Origin: Candidatus Omnitrophota bacterium
GTDB lineage: Bacteria; Omnitrophota; Gorgyraeia; Zapsychrales; JANLHA01
DNA length: 64,000 nt
Reading direction: 5' to 3'
NCBI GenBank assembly: GCA_038222225.1
Contig: JBBRHV010000001.1
Coordinates: forward strand, 13,864-77,863
A model generated the notes under the pieces. It searched no databases, was not told where the DNA came from, and saw only the letters and a list, made by a program, of their open reading frames with translations. Below, piece after piece: positions 36,101-51,100 of this stretch; the stretch's first letter is position 1; each line of letters starts with the position of its first letter. Made by a program: the position numbers and the translations under genes.

Positions 36101-39100
36101 TCGAGCCGTTTCTACCACAAGTAGTCCGGTTGCAACGACAGCTGGAACAGACTTCGGAGGAAGTGTAAAGAGAAGTCAGTTCTGGGTTTCTGACCGTGCG
36201 GCCGGATCCAATGTTAAAGCACGCATCATCCTGACCAGGATGACAGGTGCCTTGAGTACGTTTATCCTCACAATACTCAAAGGCGCTCAATCTATTCGTG
36301 CGCCGAACTTCGTTAATCCAACAGCATATATTAACTTTATGAAGAGCCTGATCGAGGGCGGTCTTTCTGCTGTCCAGACTGCCTATGATCAGGCTTCTTC
36401 ATTAATCAAAGGAGGGTCGCTATGGTTCTCGTTAACACACAACCAGATGTTGAATTCAAGTATTTCCTTGAAGTCCCAAAATCGCGCTGTACCTTCTGTT
36501 CAGGCCGCGAACGTACCAGTGGCAAGACAAAGCTTTATCTTGTCTTCCATGAACACCAACGCGTCTACACTCGCAACGGGCTCAGAGGAACCTGGGAAGA
36601 GCTCGAATCAGGAACCGGCAGACAGCTCAGAAACATCCTCAATGAAGCCTACACAGACGTCAGCATCCCGCGCTACAGTTCAGACAGGTATCAATCGCTC
36701 GTTAATTAAAGGAAAGCTGCTGGCCGTGGCGGCGTTATTTGTCTTTGCTCCAGCCACGGCCGTGGCTGGACCTGTTGTAGCAGCTGGGGCTGGAACAGCC
36801 GCAGTCGTAGCCGTTTCTTTGAGCACGCTTATTATTTTTGATGTCATTATTATAATTGGCATTGGCACTGGGTTCTTCCTGCTGTATCAGCTTGCGAAAA
36901 AGAATAATACTTCGTTTAGGGCGTATCTCAACACACCTCAAGTGAAAAAGGCTTTAGGGACTATTGCGGTAGGCGCTTTATTAAGTATTGTGCTCGCGCC
37001 TAAGCTGGTACTGCTTGTTGCCCCGGCATTAGGCGCAATGATCATCGGAGTTATCGGTTCATATTGGTTTGCGGCCGTTAACGGTATCTTGGCCGCGGTC
37101 TTCATGGCCATGAGCTTGAAGAGCGGAAAGCATCAAACTCAGTTCAAGGCCGCGGCTGCCTTCTTTGCCTTGATCGGATTAGCTAGCGCCTTGGCTGTTC
37201 TGCATGCGGCAGGCCTGGTGACGGGTGTGATCGTGGTGCTCTTTGGGTTTACTTTTGTAACCCTAGCGGTTTACCTCAAGGCAAACTTGTTTGGCGGCAT
37301 GCCGAAATTACCCGAGGCCGTTCAATTCCTGGAATCTTTGATTAGTCAGCTGGGAGAAACCGATAGATTGGCCATCAAAATTCGAACGGTACTCGACAGC
37401 AATGACCGCAAACAAATTCAGCGTCTGGCCAAGAGATTGCGCACCAGCCATTATAAAGCCTCGCAAAGCGATATCTATGCAAATCAGGAGAAGGGCGTTC
37501 ATGCGAAATTGAATGATTTCTTCAGCAAAATTCAGCAGATCGGTACGGCCCGCGAAATTTTAGAAGCATTCAACGATGTCTACAAAGTCATCAGCCAGAT
37601 CCATCCGTTGTTACCGCGAAATATGTTGCTTAAGGTCCTGGTCGCCGGACCGGTGTATCTGGTAGCAGCAGTCGTAGCCGTGATGTATTTCTTCGGCAAG
37701 GCGTTATATCTTTTCGTGGTTCGCATTGAGAATCTGATTAAGTTTATGCGCGATATGCAGGAAAGCAAAGTTACTCCTATCCCGGTCCTGGTTGAGTCGG
37801 CATTACTCCAGATTGAGAATAAAGGATTCTGGCATAAACAGAACGAAGATTTGAATGATTATAAATTCCAGCATCCGTTTATTTACAATATTATCTCCTT
37901 TGCACGAGGCCGTTTGTGGTTGCGTATTTTGTCAGGCACGGTGGTTGTCGTTGGCGTGAAGTTCTTATTTGGCGCGGTCAGCGCGCCGTTATTTGTGGTC
38001 GTGCTGGTCCTCATTGGCCATTCCTTACTCTTGAATATGGCCATGCAGTTGCCGCGTCAGGCACGAAAAATTGTTAACCGGGTGTTCGTTGATTACTTCG
38101 AAGCCAACAGCGAGTTGCGTGACAAACGAGGCGTTCCGACCATGTCGTTGGAGCGTATTTTAGCCGCAGCTGCCGATAACCATATTGATTTGGACCACTG
38201 GAAAGAGGATGAACGTATTATTGCGGCTTATAAGTCCGGCTATCTGTACGCCGAGACTGCGGGATCTCTTCTCAAGGATTTGGAAGCAGTATATGGCAGA
38301 GCCAGTCTGGGTAACCGTGCGATCCGCTTGCTTCTCCTGTATCCGGCGGCCATTGGGTTGTTCTTTATCAATTTGATCGTGCCGTTTGGTCTGATCGCTA
38401 AAGGGCTGAAAATTAATGCTAAAAATAAACGGCTGTTGGCGGTGGCGCAACAACTCGGGTCATTAAAGATGACCTTCTACTCCGGCTTGGTCGGCCTGCT
38501 TGCCATCAACTGGGAAATCAAGTGGGCGGTTGACCTATCCGAAATGATTGGCGGACCGACCGAAACGATCGTCACCACTTTTGAAGGACGCAATGACGAC
38601 CGCAGCGGAAGCCTTTTGAATTTAGGCGATTCGATGGTGAAGGGCGCGGAAGATTGGGCTAATAGCGAGCGTACTGAAAATCAGCGAATCGGGCTTGATT
38701 CCGTTGAGAAAGCCTTTGACAGATTTATGGGGCTCGAGTCAAAAACAGCAGCAGCTCCTGCGGATGCAGCAAAGACAGCTTCCGAGCCGGCTAAAACAGC
38801 AGCAGCTCCTGCAGATGCAGCAAAGACAGCTTCCGAGCCGGTCAAAACAGCAGCAGCTCCTGCAGATGCGGCCAAGAAAGCGAATGCTCAGGGCACAATA
38901 AAAGAAGAGGAGATTGTCAAAATTGATGAAGAGAGATTAACAAAGGCCTTATTGCGGGGGTCTCCGATAGGCACGGCTGAGATCTGGAAGAATTTCACAC
39001 ATCCAGATGAGGTTGCTTTAGTCATTGTGGCTTTGGCGGATGAGCAAAGCAGTTTAAATGTTCGTAAAGTCAGCATGGCAGCGGATAACGGCAGCGGCTT

Positions 39101-42100
39101 GTTTAAAATGAACGAGAAAGACTGGTTTGAAACAGTTGAAAAGATGGTGAATGAGGGCGCCCTGGAAGAACGGTTGTCGTATACTCACGTTTTAGATCCG
39201 AAGATGGCCACCAAAGTTGCGATGGCAAAATTAAATGATCAGTTTGAACTCCTTAAGAAAAACAATCTGATGAACGGTAGATCGCAGGAAGAGGTCCAGA
39301 AATTGGCCTTAGCGGCTTACCGCGTTGGAATGGATGCGGTTGTTAAGGAAGGAAAAGTTCCGGCTGAGGCGCAAAAATTTGTTGAGCAGGTCATGGCCAA
39401 GTATCGCCAGTCTCTTAAAAAGTTCCGCGCCGCAGACGGTTTGGAAGTTATCTATGGGCTGTCTAAACCCACGCCGGAGATTCCGGTCTTTACGCCATAC
39501 ACCAACGGCCTTGAACTCATCGGCATTCATGCTGGGTTGCAAGTTGCTGTTTCGGCTGATGCGAAAACCGTTGTCCTGGAAAAAGTTGAACAGCGGGATC
39601 AGGATGGAAAGAGCCGCAAGAATATGAGCTTTGCGACGCAGCTCACAGCAGATTTAAAAGTTGAGACGGCAGCGGACGGCACACGGACATTGATCCTTGA
39701 CCGCAGCCATTATGAGCTCAACGAGAATCAATTGCCTAACGCCTTCGTGCCGTTGATGGAGCAGTTTGGCGTCACGAGAATCATCATCCGCGGCAAACAG
39801 CCTCTTGAATATTTCAAAGAAAAAGACGGAACGATCAATTTCAAGCGGTTCCTGCAGACAGGGGCGACTGGTCAAACATACCGTGAAGCCGGCTATTATG
39901 GCACAAGCGTTGATATGAGCGACTGGACAGTCACAGTTCAGGTTCCGTTTGCATCTCCGGTCCGTACACCGGTTGCAGGAACCGTTGCGGAAGAACCGGT
40001 GCTGACAGCTAACGGCTGGAGAATTATGATCAAGGCCGAGAACAATATTGAAACAATTTTCTCGGACTTAGGTGAAGTTTCCGTCAAGGCCGGACAGGAA
40101 CTCAAGACCGGAGATATTTTAGGTCTGGCCGGGCAGTTCAAGACAGCCGTTAAAACAGAATATCATTTCCGCGCTCAAGTTGTGGAGGATGCTAAACCTG
40201 AACATAAGCATGTAAATCTTTTGAAAGAAAATGATACAGACTCTACAATCGAAAAGATCCGCCTGGCCTTTGTGAAGAATTTCAACCTCGATCAGGCGGA
40301 AGTTGATTTCTATACAGGCAAAACTGAAACCGCTGCCGAACGCCAAGCTAAAGCAGAACGTGCCATTGAAGAGAATAACGCGAACATTGAAAAGGGTCAG
40401 GCTGAAATTGAGAAACAAAAAATCGCTGTTAAGCAAGCCAACGATCCTGAACAGATCAGACGCAGAGAACAGAATGCGGTTGGGTTCTATTTATTCGGTA
40501 AACGAGATTGGGATTCCGCTAATCCGTTCGGAGGCGCAACCGCCAGCCGTACGATGTCTGATGCTTTATACGGCGCACCAGTCAACAAAGGTAATCTGTG
40601 GGTCGGGGTTGGGTTTAATTCCATTTACTCAACCGCAGTCGGCGGCCCGTCGATTAGCTTGGGAGATAGAACACTTTCGTTTGATTCTTCCTTCGGAATC
40701 AGCAACAACGCTTTAGGTCAGTGGGGTCAGATAGCCGGCCAGGCATTTGGGTTTGAAGATGTTTTGAGCAAGGGAGTGACCTCAACAGCTTTATGGGGTG
40801 TAACAGCCGCAGACATAACATTGTCGCTTCGTGACACATATTTCGATCAAAGAAATCGTTTACCGCAGTTCGGTGGCACAGAACTCTTTGATCAGGGATG
40901 GATCTTTAACAAGCCGTGGAAGCTGGCTTTGGATACATCAGAAGTTGTGCCGAACGCCCGCGCTATCAACGGTGAATGGGTCAGCAATCCATATCATCAT
41001 ACAGATTTACCGGCGGCACGCATCTTGGAGTACCCGAACAAACTCTTCAAGGGATTATTAACGTTTGATATTTTCACGTCTGATTTCTGGAAAGATAATC
41101 CGCTGCACAAACCGTATGAAGCTATCTGGCATGAAGGCTGGATGCAGCGTGAATGGAGCAAGAGCGCGTTTGAAAATCTTGACCAAAGCAGAATTTCGGC
41201 CTTCAGCCGTCTGTCGGGAAGTCCGGAAGAATTGATTTACGGCCGGGTGAGCTTGGACGGCAGAGAGCTTTCTTACACAGAAAACATGAAGGAATTCCCA
41301 TACCTCAGATATGATTCAGCTACAGGCGATTATGCGGTTCGTGAATTCTTTGAAAAGTCGCAGAACTGGAGACGCAATGTTGAGCCAGGCACATTGAACA
41401 TTGCCCTATCACGCGCGGCGATGTTGAATCTTCCGGACCTCAGACAACAGTTCATTTTAGGTCAGGCTATTGACGGATATACAGTGAATCCGCTCACCGG
41501 AAAAGTTTATGATCCGACGTTTGGATCCTTAGGCCGACCGATGCTGTTTGATTACTTCGGTGTTCCGAGTTTCGGAACAACACATTATCTTGACCGGGAA
41601 ACGGAAAAAATTCCCGGCGATCCGCGCTATGCATGGAATTACACCGATGACCAAGGCAACGTTAAGCAGGCTTACTCTTCATATTTGAGAACGCCTCTCG
41701 CCGGAGGAATCGATCTTGGTTTTGATGTTAAGCAAAACCCGGGTGAAACAGGATTGTTAGTTGTCTTTAATGCGGATGGGTCATTGAAAGAGACAAAGCG
41801 TTTGACCGAGGATCTAAGCAGCTTCTCTTATACAGCACTCACCACGGAGAATAAGAGCAAAACGACAATGAACATCCATAAGAAATTGACCTTAGATACT
41901 TACGAAAAGGCAAAAGACGGAACTTTCTCAGATCAGGCTAAACATACTGAAATTCCGTTTGCCGGATTGCAGGTGGTTGTTAAACATAAGGGCCTGACCA
42001 ACACTGTTTTTGAAGCTGAAAAAGGCCAGAAGACAACCGATACGGTTTGGGCCCTGGCAGACGGGAAATTTGTGAAAGGTGAGATCGCGGTCGTGGTTCC

Positions 42101-45100
42101 GTTCCCGGCTAAAGAGAGAATTCCTTACGGACGCATGTTCTCCGAAGGCAGAATGTATTATCTGTATACCTCCAAAGATTATAATGTTCATCCGAAGGTT
42201 GAGAACGAAGATGTCTACGGCTTAAGCATTCAGGTCGTGGATGCCACGGGCAAAGTGGTCCGTGATGAGCCGATCAGAAACCAGGGCCAGCTTAAGACTA
42301 TGCTCGGCGTTGGCGTTGAAGGGGTATTTAAGCTTTTTGAATTAGGGGCCAATGCCGATAACATTTATGTGACGATGGATGATAAACAGGTCTACGCGGT
42401 GGAATTAGGCGACACCAATGAAGCGATCAAGAAAGACAATCTTCCGCCGATACGGGAAGTTTCGGTCCGTCTCCAGCAGGATCCGAAGCCCGAACGCGTT
42501 GAGCAATTCGGCGACACGTTGATGAAGGCCGGCACGGAATATAAGATCTCCGTTGAAGACTTAAATAAATGGGTCCAATCTTTAAAAATCGAAGGATTGA
42601 ATTCAAAAGAGACAGCGGAATTGCTGGCCAATGTTAAGAAATTCGACGGCATTTCAAAGCACCGCACAGCAAAATCAGAGGCTGCCAATAAAGCGTATGA
42701 GATCTTAAAGAAGATGCAGGAGAACGCAGGCAAAGCAGCGTTCAATGCTCATGCCAAAGCTTTCAACCAGGTCATGCGCTCTCTGGCAGACCAGGACGAG
42801 AAGATGGTCTCGATGAACTCCTTAGAGCGCGTTCTGATCCTGGTTGCCCGCGACAGAGCCGCGGTCAACAACGAGACCGATGATGACGGCAGCAAGTTTA
42901 TGGCGTATCTCAAAGCGGAAGCCAAAAAGTACGGGTTCGGTAATGTGATCAAACGTGAGATCGCCGCCTACTTCGGACGCGCGACCGCTTCGATCTTAGG
43001 TAAGCCGGAGTGGCATAACAAAGAGATCGCTCAATTAGGCCAGGCCATCGATCGCAATATCAATCTGCAGGATCCGAATTTTATCTCCGCTGCTGACGCC
43101 TATGCATTAGACACAGAAGAAAAGCCGATCGGAGAGCGCATTCAATACATTGACAATCAATTAAACGGTTATACGGACGCAAATGGTGTCGAGCATGTCG
43201 GATTAAGTACGCGCAGAACACAGTTGGAAACGATCCGTGATACACGCGCTTGGGAGAATCCGGATGAAGAAGTGGATCTGCTGTTTGATTACGCAACAGA
43301 AGTTGTTCCGGGGATCGAAAGAAACCGCGCGCAGCTGCGGGAACTGCAAAACAACTCCTTGGGTTACTGGACGAGAGAAAATCAAAGAGCCCAAGCGATG
43401 CTGACAGACAGAAATTATGGAGGCGAATCGTATCGTGCGTATGTGACCTATACCCAGTCGATGATTGATATGGTAAATCGGGAGATCGCGCTAACACGGC
43501 AGGCATTAAGGATCCTCGAGCGGCACCAGAATGTTTATGTCGCGTTAGGTCAGAACGGCTATCAAGCAGCTGGATGGCAGAGCGCAGGCCGCTTGGTTCA
43601 GGATCAGATCGATATGGTTAATACGCAAATTAGCATTTTCAACGAACAGCGCACCATGCTGGTTGACGCACAAGAGGCCGGCACCATTCCTAATTTCAAG
43701 AAACTGAGATTGATTCCGTACAACCGCACAGATGACCTTCCGAAAGATGTCAAAACAATTCCTGAGACGTTTACCTGGTTAAGAGGCGAGCGCGATGAGT
43801 TCGGCAACCAGACTTCAAATGGACGCATAGACAATATCGCTAGAGATTACCAATACTTTACGGATGGTATTTTGCACACGTCAGGTCCGGACGGCATTTA
43901 CAGTCAAGACGTCGTCAATCTGGCCCGCGACTTCCAGAGAACATTGAGAGATCCGGATTATCAATACAGCAGAGGCGCCTGGCTGGATAATACAACCGTG
44001 ATTTCCGAATACGCATTATATAACGATCCGGAATTCGGGCTGCTTACTCAATTAAGCAGAGATACCGCTCTTCAGAACGGCACCTCAACGGAGACGCCGT
44101 TACAGGTTTTGGAACGCCAGCTTGCTTATCAGAGAAAATTGCAGCTCCTCTATCAGACCCGCGCCGACCTCCAGAATGATATGGCAGCCTTGATCGAAAG
44201 CGGCAATTACTACAGGACGCCGGAGATCGCCAATCGCATCAACAAGATCATTGATAATGAGCGTACATTTGCTTTAAATTCATTATCAACGGTTGAGAAA
44301 TTCAGCGGCGCCGGTAATTCGTTGCGCGAAATGAATGAGGCCTTAAGCAGCTTAAATGACGCCTTGGTCATGGAGCTGAATGAGAAGGCAGAGCTCAGCC
44401 AATACGCTCAGGCCGTGGAGGTGCTGGTCAAACAGGTTGGCAGCAACTTAGAGGATTACAGCAAGGCTTGGACGCAATTCAACGATCAGTTGCTTGCTAT
44501 ACGCGCTCAATTGGTTGCCAAGGTTCGGGCCAGCAACCTGGCCGAAACCGTGAAGCTTGAAAAGATCAAGAACATTGATCTGTTCCTGGCTAATCTTTCC
44601 GCGAAACACGCGCCGCAAAAAGATGTGTATGTGGCCGGTCGATATTTTGTTTACGGTGAGTCAGCTGGAAAAGACGCCATGCGCACCTCCGGCACCAACG
44701 AATCCGGAGACGTGGGTGCAGTGAAAGTGGCGCAGACAGGCGATTTCGCCACATACCGTCAGTTCAATTTAAGAGATGTGGCCAGCGGCAACATGATCCA
44801 TGTCGGCCAGGTTCAGTCAGCTGCTCCCGGCGCTGCTCAGAATTCTTATGCTGTCGGAATCATCAACCTGACGCCGGAAACTCAAAACAGCTTGTTCAAT
44901 ATTGGAGTTGGCCCGTCAAAGAGCTATCGTTATCTGCAGAGCGCTGACCCGGATAAAAAGGGTAAAGGCATGACCGAACACGCTGGATTGGTTTTCAGCG
45001 ATGTTGCTATCAGAGATGGAAAATTGACACTGACAGCCAGCGGCATCCTGAAGGCCAATGTCAACGGCGACAATGGAATGACCGGAGGCGTGACGGCCGG

Positions 45101-48100
45101 CGCATATTATCAGTTCAACGATCGCACCCAGGTCAAGCTTGAAATGGGTGTTAGCGGTTCCGGCCGCACAACAGATGCAGAGCTTACGGCGATCGACACA
45201 TTCACCGGAAAGCAAATTTTCAAGGATACCGTTAAGATCAATAACACCGACTGGTTTGATTATCAGAAGATGACCTTTACGCATGCCTTGAATAAAAATT
45301 TGTCGCTCCGCTTCTCCGGAAGCCGTGAATTTGAACAGGGCGCCATGGGCATTGCCGAAGATGTGACATCCTATTTTGGCACAATCGGGGCTGATTGGAA
45401 ATTCGGCGATCTTCTCATGAAGGACGACAAACTTCTGATTTCAGCGGATTATGGGTTTAACGCCAACCGTGAAGCCGGCGATCGCACTCGTCTCATGCTG
45501 CAGTATCAGCAATTCTATACCTCTGTTGGCATGTTCGGCGAGGCACTGTATTACAATGCCGGCATCAAGTTAACGGATTCCTTAGTCGCTGAATTCGGCC
45601 AGCAGAAGACCGGCGATCTTTACGGACGTTTAGGATATGATCACAGCGGTTTGCGTTGGGATGCCGGTCTTACTGGTCAGGGCCAGGTCAGCAGCGGATT
45701 AAAAGTAGACCTTTTGAATATGCCTGGATTCCTGACCAAGCTCTTTAAGATCGAAACACCGGAAAACTTCAAGATGCCGGAACTGCATACCCGCAAACTT
45801 CAGACATTACAGGAGAAGATCATCTTCGCTCCGTTGGCAGAGGCACAGCATCAGACGGTCCAGATGAACGTTAATAAGACGGAAGCCACCAAAGACATCG
45901 CTAAATATACAACGCTTGTCAACGCAGTGAATGGACATGATGTGATTCCCGGCCAGCATGCCATTGCCGCTGACATCAAGATTTTAACGGATCCGAATAT
46001 TTCAGCCGAGGCGATGCCGCTGTACGGTCCGTCACCATTTGGATTAACACAGGCGGATAAGACGTATACAATGCGCTTTGTTGATCTGACACCAGAACAG
46101 CTGACCAAATACGGCATCGGCAAATATCCGAAAGAAGAAAGATTCTACATCCGCAGCACTTGGATCGATGCGCAAGGCCGTACGCAATCATTCAGTCAGG
46201 AATTTGCCGCGCAAGGCCTGGTGATCTTAACCGAGAACATTGACAAGTTAAGCGTTGAGACTCAGAAGGCGCTGGGCACATACCGCAACATTATTCCGGT
46301 CAAGCTCACCAACGCCGGTTATGAAGCGACCAAGGACGCACGCTTCGGAATGGTCGCCGGGCAGACGATCACAGCTGAAGATTTCGCTCTTTGGCTAGAT
46401 AACACTGTTGATAATGGAACGATCTCAAGCCGCGTGATGAGCCAGGTTGATCCGAAGACCGGCGAACCGGCACGTCAGCTGTTCCTGGCCAAAGACGGCA
46501 AAGTCACATCCTTAGACCTTACGAAGGAAGGGTATGATGCGATCGATAAATACACTGAGAACAAAATTTTGGTTCCTGTGGAAAGCGGATTAACAGTATA
46601 TTTGACCGGTGCAGAAGCACTTCAGTGGATCTTGGATGGCAAGTTGATTTATATGAAAAATATAGATCCTAAGATTGACGCTACACATGTTTTAGCAACG
46701 GCTGATGGGAAATTAGTCGGTTACGGTGATGCCATTGTGAAAGGAAAGTATTTGGTTCCGGAAATCGAAGCGTTTATGAAGGACAAGGTCTTGGTTCCGT
46801 TAAAGGGCGTCCGGTCTTCAACAGCTTATTTAACCGGAGCAGAAGCACTTCAGTGGATCTTGGACGGCAAACTAATCTACATTGAAAATACAGATCCTAA
46901 TATTGATGCTACACATGTCTTGGCAACAGCTGATGGAGAGCTGGTCGGTTACGGAAATGCTTTGATTGACGCCGGTTATATGATTCCGGAAGTTGAAGAA
47001 TTCATGAAAGACAAGGTTGGAGTTTTGACCTCCGAAGGAAGCCGTTACTTGACAGTTGACCAGTTTGAAGCGCAGAAAGAGGCTTTGGATGCTGCTTATC
47101 GTCCGAATGCAGAAGGCAAGATGATCCTTTCAGTCCCGGCTCCGAAGCAGACAAAGTTTAGAGTAACCACTTTCGAATCTGAAGGAGAAAAATATGTCGG
47201 CGTCAAGCTTCCTACAGAGATCGAAAAGAGAAATAAGGCGATGGATGACGGGCGGGCATATTTTGAGAACGGCCAGTTCATTATCCAGGATGCCGGCAAT
47301 GAGGCCAATCGTATCGTCGGCACCATAGCCGGAGAAAAATTGCTTGAACCGGCAGCTTATGTCACAAAGGCGACCGTGCCGCAGATGAAGTATAAAGAGG
47401 GAGAACAGGTTTTTGTTAAGGGTAAGGGTTATGCATATTATGAGAAAACATTGACCGGGAAATATGAGCCGACCGCAAAAGTGATCTACAACGCCGAGAA
47501 AGACGCAAAGGTTCCGGGTTATCTACCGCTCAAGAGAGTTGTCGTGATCTTACCGAACAGAGCAGCGCAGATTGAAGGGGAACTCCTCTTGAACAAATTC
47601 GGAGCAGTGGAAATTAGCTCGATCCAAAAGAGATATTATTTTGTTATCGGTGAAGACAAAGTAGGCGCCTATGTTCCAGTTGATGAATTGGTCAACCGAC
47701 GCTCAGAATTTATAAGTAAAGTTCAAGAGATCGTTCGATATGGCGACACCTTAGAGCGAATCTATTTGGATGCCAGCGCAGCTGACGGTCAGGTGGATGA
47801 AAACGATAAAGTCACGATTGTACGCAGCAACAGCCGTACTGACATTTACCGATTAGGACAATATACTATCGACGCCAGTGGAAAACTCACCTTAACAGGT
47901 GATCCGATCGGCGAAGACCTTCTTCTTGCTCCTGAGGCGGATGGTTCGATTAAGGCTCAATTGATATATGGAATTCAGCCGTTCGTGATCCCGGCTGCGG
48001 AAGTTAAAAACAACACATATCATTTGAACAGAGATTTCTATTATCAGAGAGAAACCATCAATGTCTATAATGCTGAAGACAAGCAAATCCGACAGATCAT

Positions 48101-51100
48101 GCCGTTAAGCGATACGATTATTTATTTATCGCCAAAGGATGGTTATGCAACGCATGTGACAGATTTGAGCGGCAATCTCAGAATTGTTTCTCAGACAGTC
48201 GAACGAGTGGAGAATGGCGAAAAGGTCGTTGAGACAACAGATGTTCAGGTGGATGGGAAGAACAATGGATTCGCAATGGTCAAGAGGACCACCTATAAGA
48301 ACGGCGCATTGCGCGAGATTTTGGTCGGGGTTATGAAGCTTGCCAATAAATATGATCTGAGCCAGCCGTTCCCGACAGTTAAGCCGGAGATCTTCACGCT
48401 TAGAGATTCTTATTCTCAATCTGAGCGCAGAGTTGATATTCGAACCAACGGCGAATGGCATGAAGGATGGAGAATTTATGGAAAGATCAACAAGCATATT
48501 CAGCGGTTAGAGGCTCAGCAAACCCGGACAGTTGAAGAGGATCGACAGCTTGCAGCATTGCGACAGGCGCAGACATTTGTGGATAAATTCACTCCGTCGA
48601 CTAAAGAGGCCTTAGATGCGCTGGCTGGAAGAGGAATTCAGCTGAATGTTCAGTTAAGCCCGAAAAACAGCGTTGCTGTAAACAAAGACACAGTTCTTAC
48701 GCCTACGGTTGTGGTGTTCCCGAATCAGGTTATATCCATTGATTGGCGCTTAGATAACGATATTTTAAATCGCAAGCTTATCACTGTACGCGCAGCTCAG
48801 GGCCGTATTGTAGAGATGATTGTCGGAACCGAATTTGATCAGCGAAGCGGAGAGGTTACAAAGACGTATACATTGACATCCGACGCCCAGATCAAGAGCC
48901 GGTTTGAAACAGCTCCTGCTCCGGAAAGAGCTGACAATATCTTTACTGGGCTCATTGTTAAGAGCTTTGCAGAGGTTGCGCATAAGCGATTCTCGGATGA
49001 GACCGCTAACCTGTGGAAGTTCTTAGAATATCATGGCGTGTCTCAAGCAACGCCGCTGACAGTCTTAAAAGAAACACCATATTTACCGGATGAAACCGGA
49101 AGATATACAGAAAAAGAAGGCGCAGCAACAACGCATTATCTGATCCCGGATGACAGCCGCGGCCGAAGCTTGACTGTGGTTTATCCGACTGAAGATCAGA
49201 GTTTGAACTTATGGCAATTTGAAGGCCGGGAGGTTCGCATAACCAATGGTAAAGAGCGAAAAGTGACCTTCGGCGTCGGCGTCACTCCAGGAAACATCAC
49301 ATTTAAGAAGGACGGAAGCTTGCGCGGTATTGAAATCTATCACACAACCGTGCGCGAACAGCAGATCAATATTTCCTATACTCAAAAGGTCGTGGAAAAC
49401 GGCACGACTCATGAACGCGAATATACTGTTACGAAAGAAAAAGACGGGGCGCTTAAATTAGTGGTTAAGCAGGATGGAAACACGATCGCTTTAGCGGTTG
49501 GAAATGAATATGAGGTCCTGGACTCAGGCTTAAAGAAGAATGTTTTCTTTACACAGGGCGGTCAATTATTAGCAGAGAGCCATCAAAAGGTCGTTGGCCA
49601 GATCCTCAAAGAGATTTTGGGTGTTCAGGTTCTCGGCGAAAAGATCACGATCTATGATGTTCTTTCACCGTATAGACGTCCAGTGTTCTCGTTCGATCTG
49701 GAAGGCAATCTTGTAGACGAATATCTGGAGCAGGAGTTCAGCATCGGCGAAGAAGTGAAGCTTGATGGAACAAAGACATATGTTCAGAAAACAAAACTCC
49801 GCGTTATAGAGCCGGAAGGATACGCGCCGGATAAGAGGTATGAACAGGAATATCATTATACCGGCGACAAGATTGATTCCAAGGCGCGCCCGGGTCTGTG
49901 GCAAAAGTGGGCGGAAGATTCGTCTTCCTGGATGAATATTTCTAAATTGTGTGGCTTGTTTGTCTTCCTTGCTTTCGGTGTCGGCAGGCTTTGGTCCTGG
50001 ATCGGAAACATTGTCCGCTGGATCAAAGGTGTTAGAAAAGGTAAGACTCAGCCGGATTCAATTACACTGCAGTATACGCCTGAAGAGATCGAAGCGGTTC
50101 TTGAAGCGATCAAGAATCTGCCGGATTACGGATGGCAGTCTGGCATTGCGGATCAGGCCCGGGAAGCCGTTGGGGCAGAATTCAAACGAAGATTGTATGC
50201 CGGTGAGCGTGTGGAAGATATCGTGAAAGACCATTTCAGTTATTACAGAAAGAACTGGTTTATACCGGTCATGGGTAATACGAAGGATAAGGATGCGATC
50301 CTAACTGCGGATGAATTTAAAGCTCAGCTGGCTGAGATCGATGCCTATGGCGTTAAAGAAATGTACATCAATTCTATGACAAAGATCGGAGCAGATAAGC
50401 TGTCTTATGTATCTCTCTCCACGGGCGCTGCATTGTTCTGGATCGCTATGCAGAGATATAAAAAGGCGAGAGCTGATGGAGATAAGGTTGACGCGCCTGA
50501 CGCGCCGAGCGCTACCAATGCGAGCGTCAATCTCGGACATGAGATTGAATTTAAACATGTTGGAATATTCTCTAAGTTATTGACTCTTCATAATGGAAAG
50601 TCAAAAAGTGAGGCCATTCATCATGATGATATTGATTTGTATTTCAGGACACCAGGGTGGTTGAAGCGCTACATTACGCAAGACGATGATGGAGAGACGG
50701 GTAGAGATATCATTGCAAAAGAGGTTGCAGATCAGCTCTCTGGGGCTAAAAAGGTTGGAATCAATGAGATTCTATTGAAAGCCTATCCGGATGTCAAGAC
50801 CGGGTGGCGTGGTATTAAAGGACGGGCCCGTATGCTTACGACCATCTTGAAATATCTCAATGTCATCGTAGGGATAACCGCTATAGGGAGTTACGGGTTG
50901 GTTTGGAGCGGAACATTTTCATTGTCTGTGGCGATTTCTGCCAGCACTTTGGCCTGGTTGGGCGGACTTGTCATCTTCATTGCATTGTTGGTCGCGATCA
51001 ATTTCGGCATAAGATTTGCCGATAAAAAATGGCAAGAAAAGCTGACGTTAAAGGAACAGAAAACTTGGGATACAGTGCCTTTGGATGCAGGAATTAAGCC

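Noticed and set aside
24450-47020. Tandem repeats as CRISPR arrays or mobile-element ends
   Set aside because: All periods are multiples of 3 (12, 51, 180, 228 bp), in frame, without unique spacers; no cas, transposase or integrase genes seen
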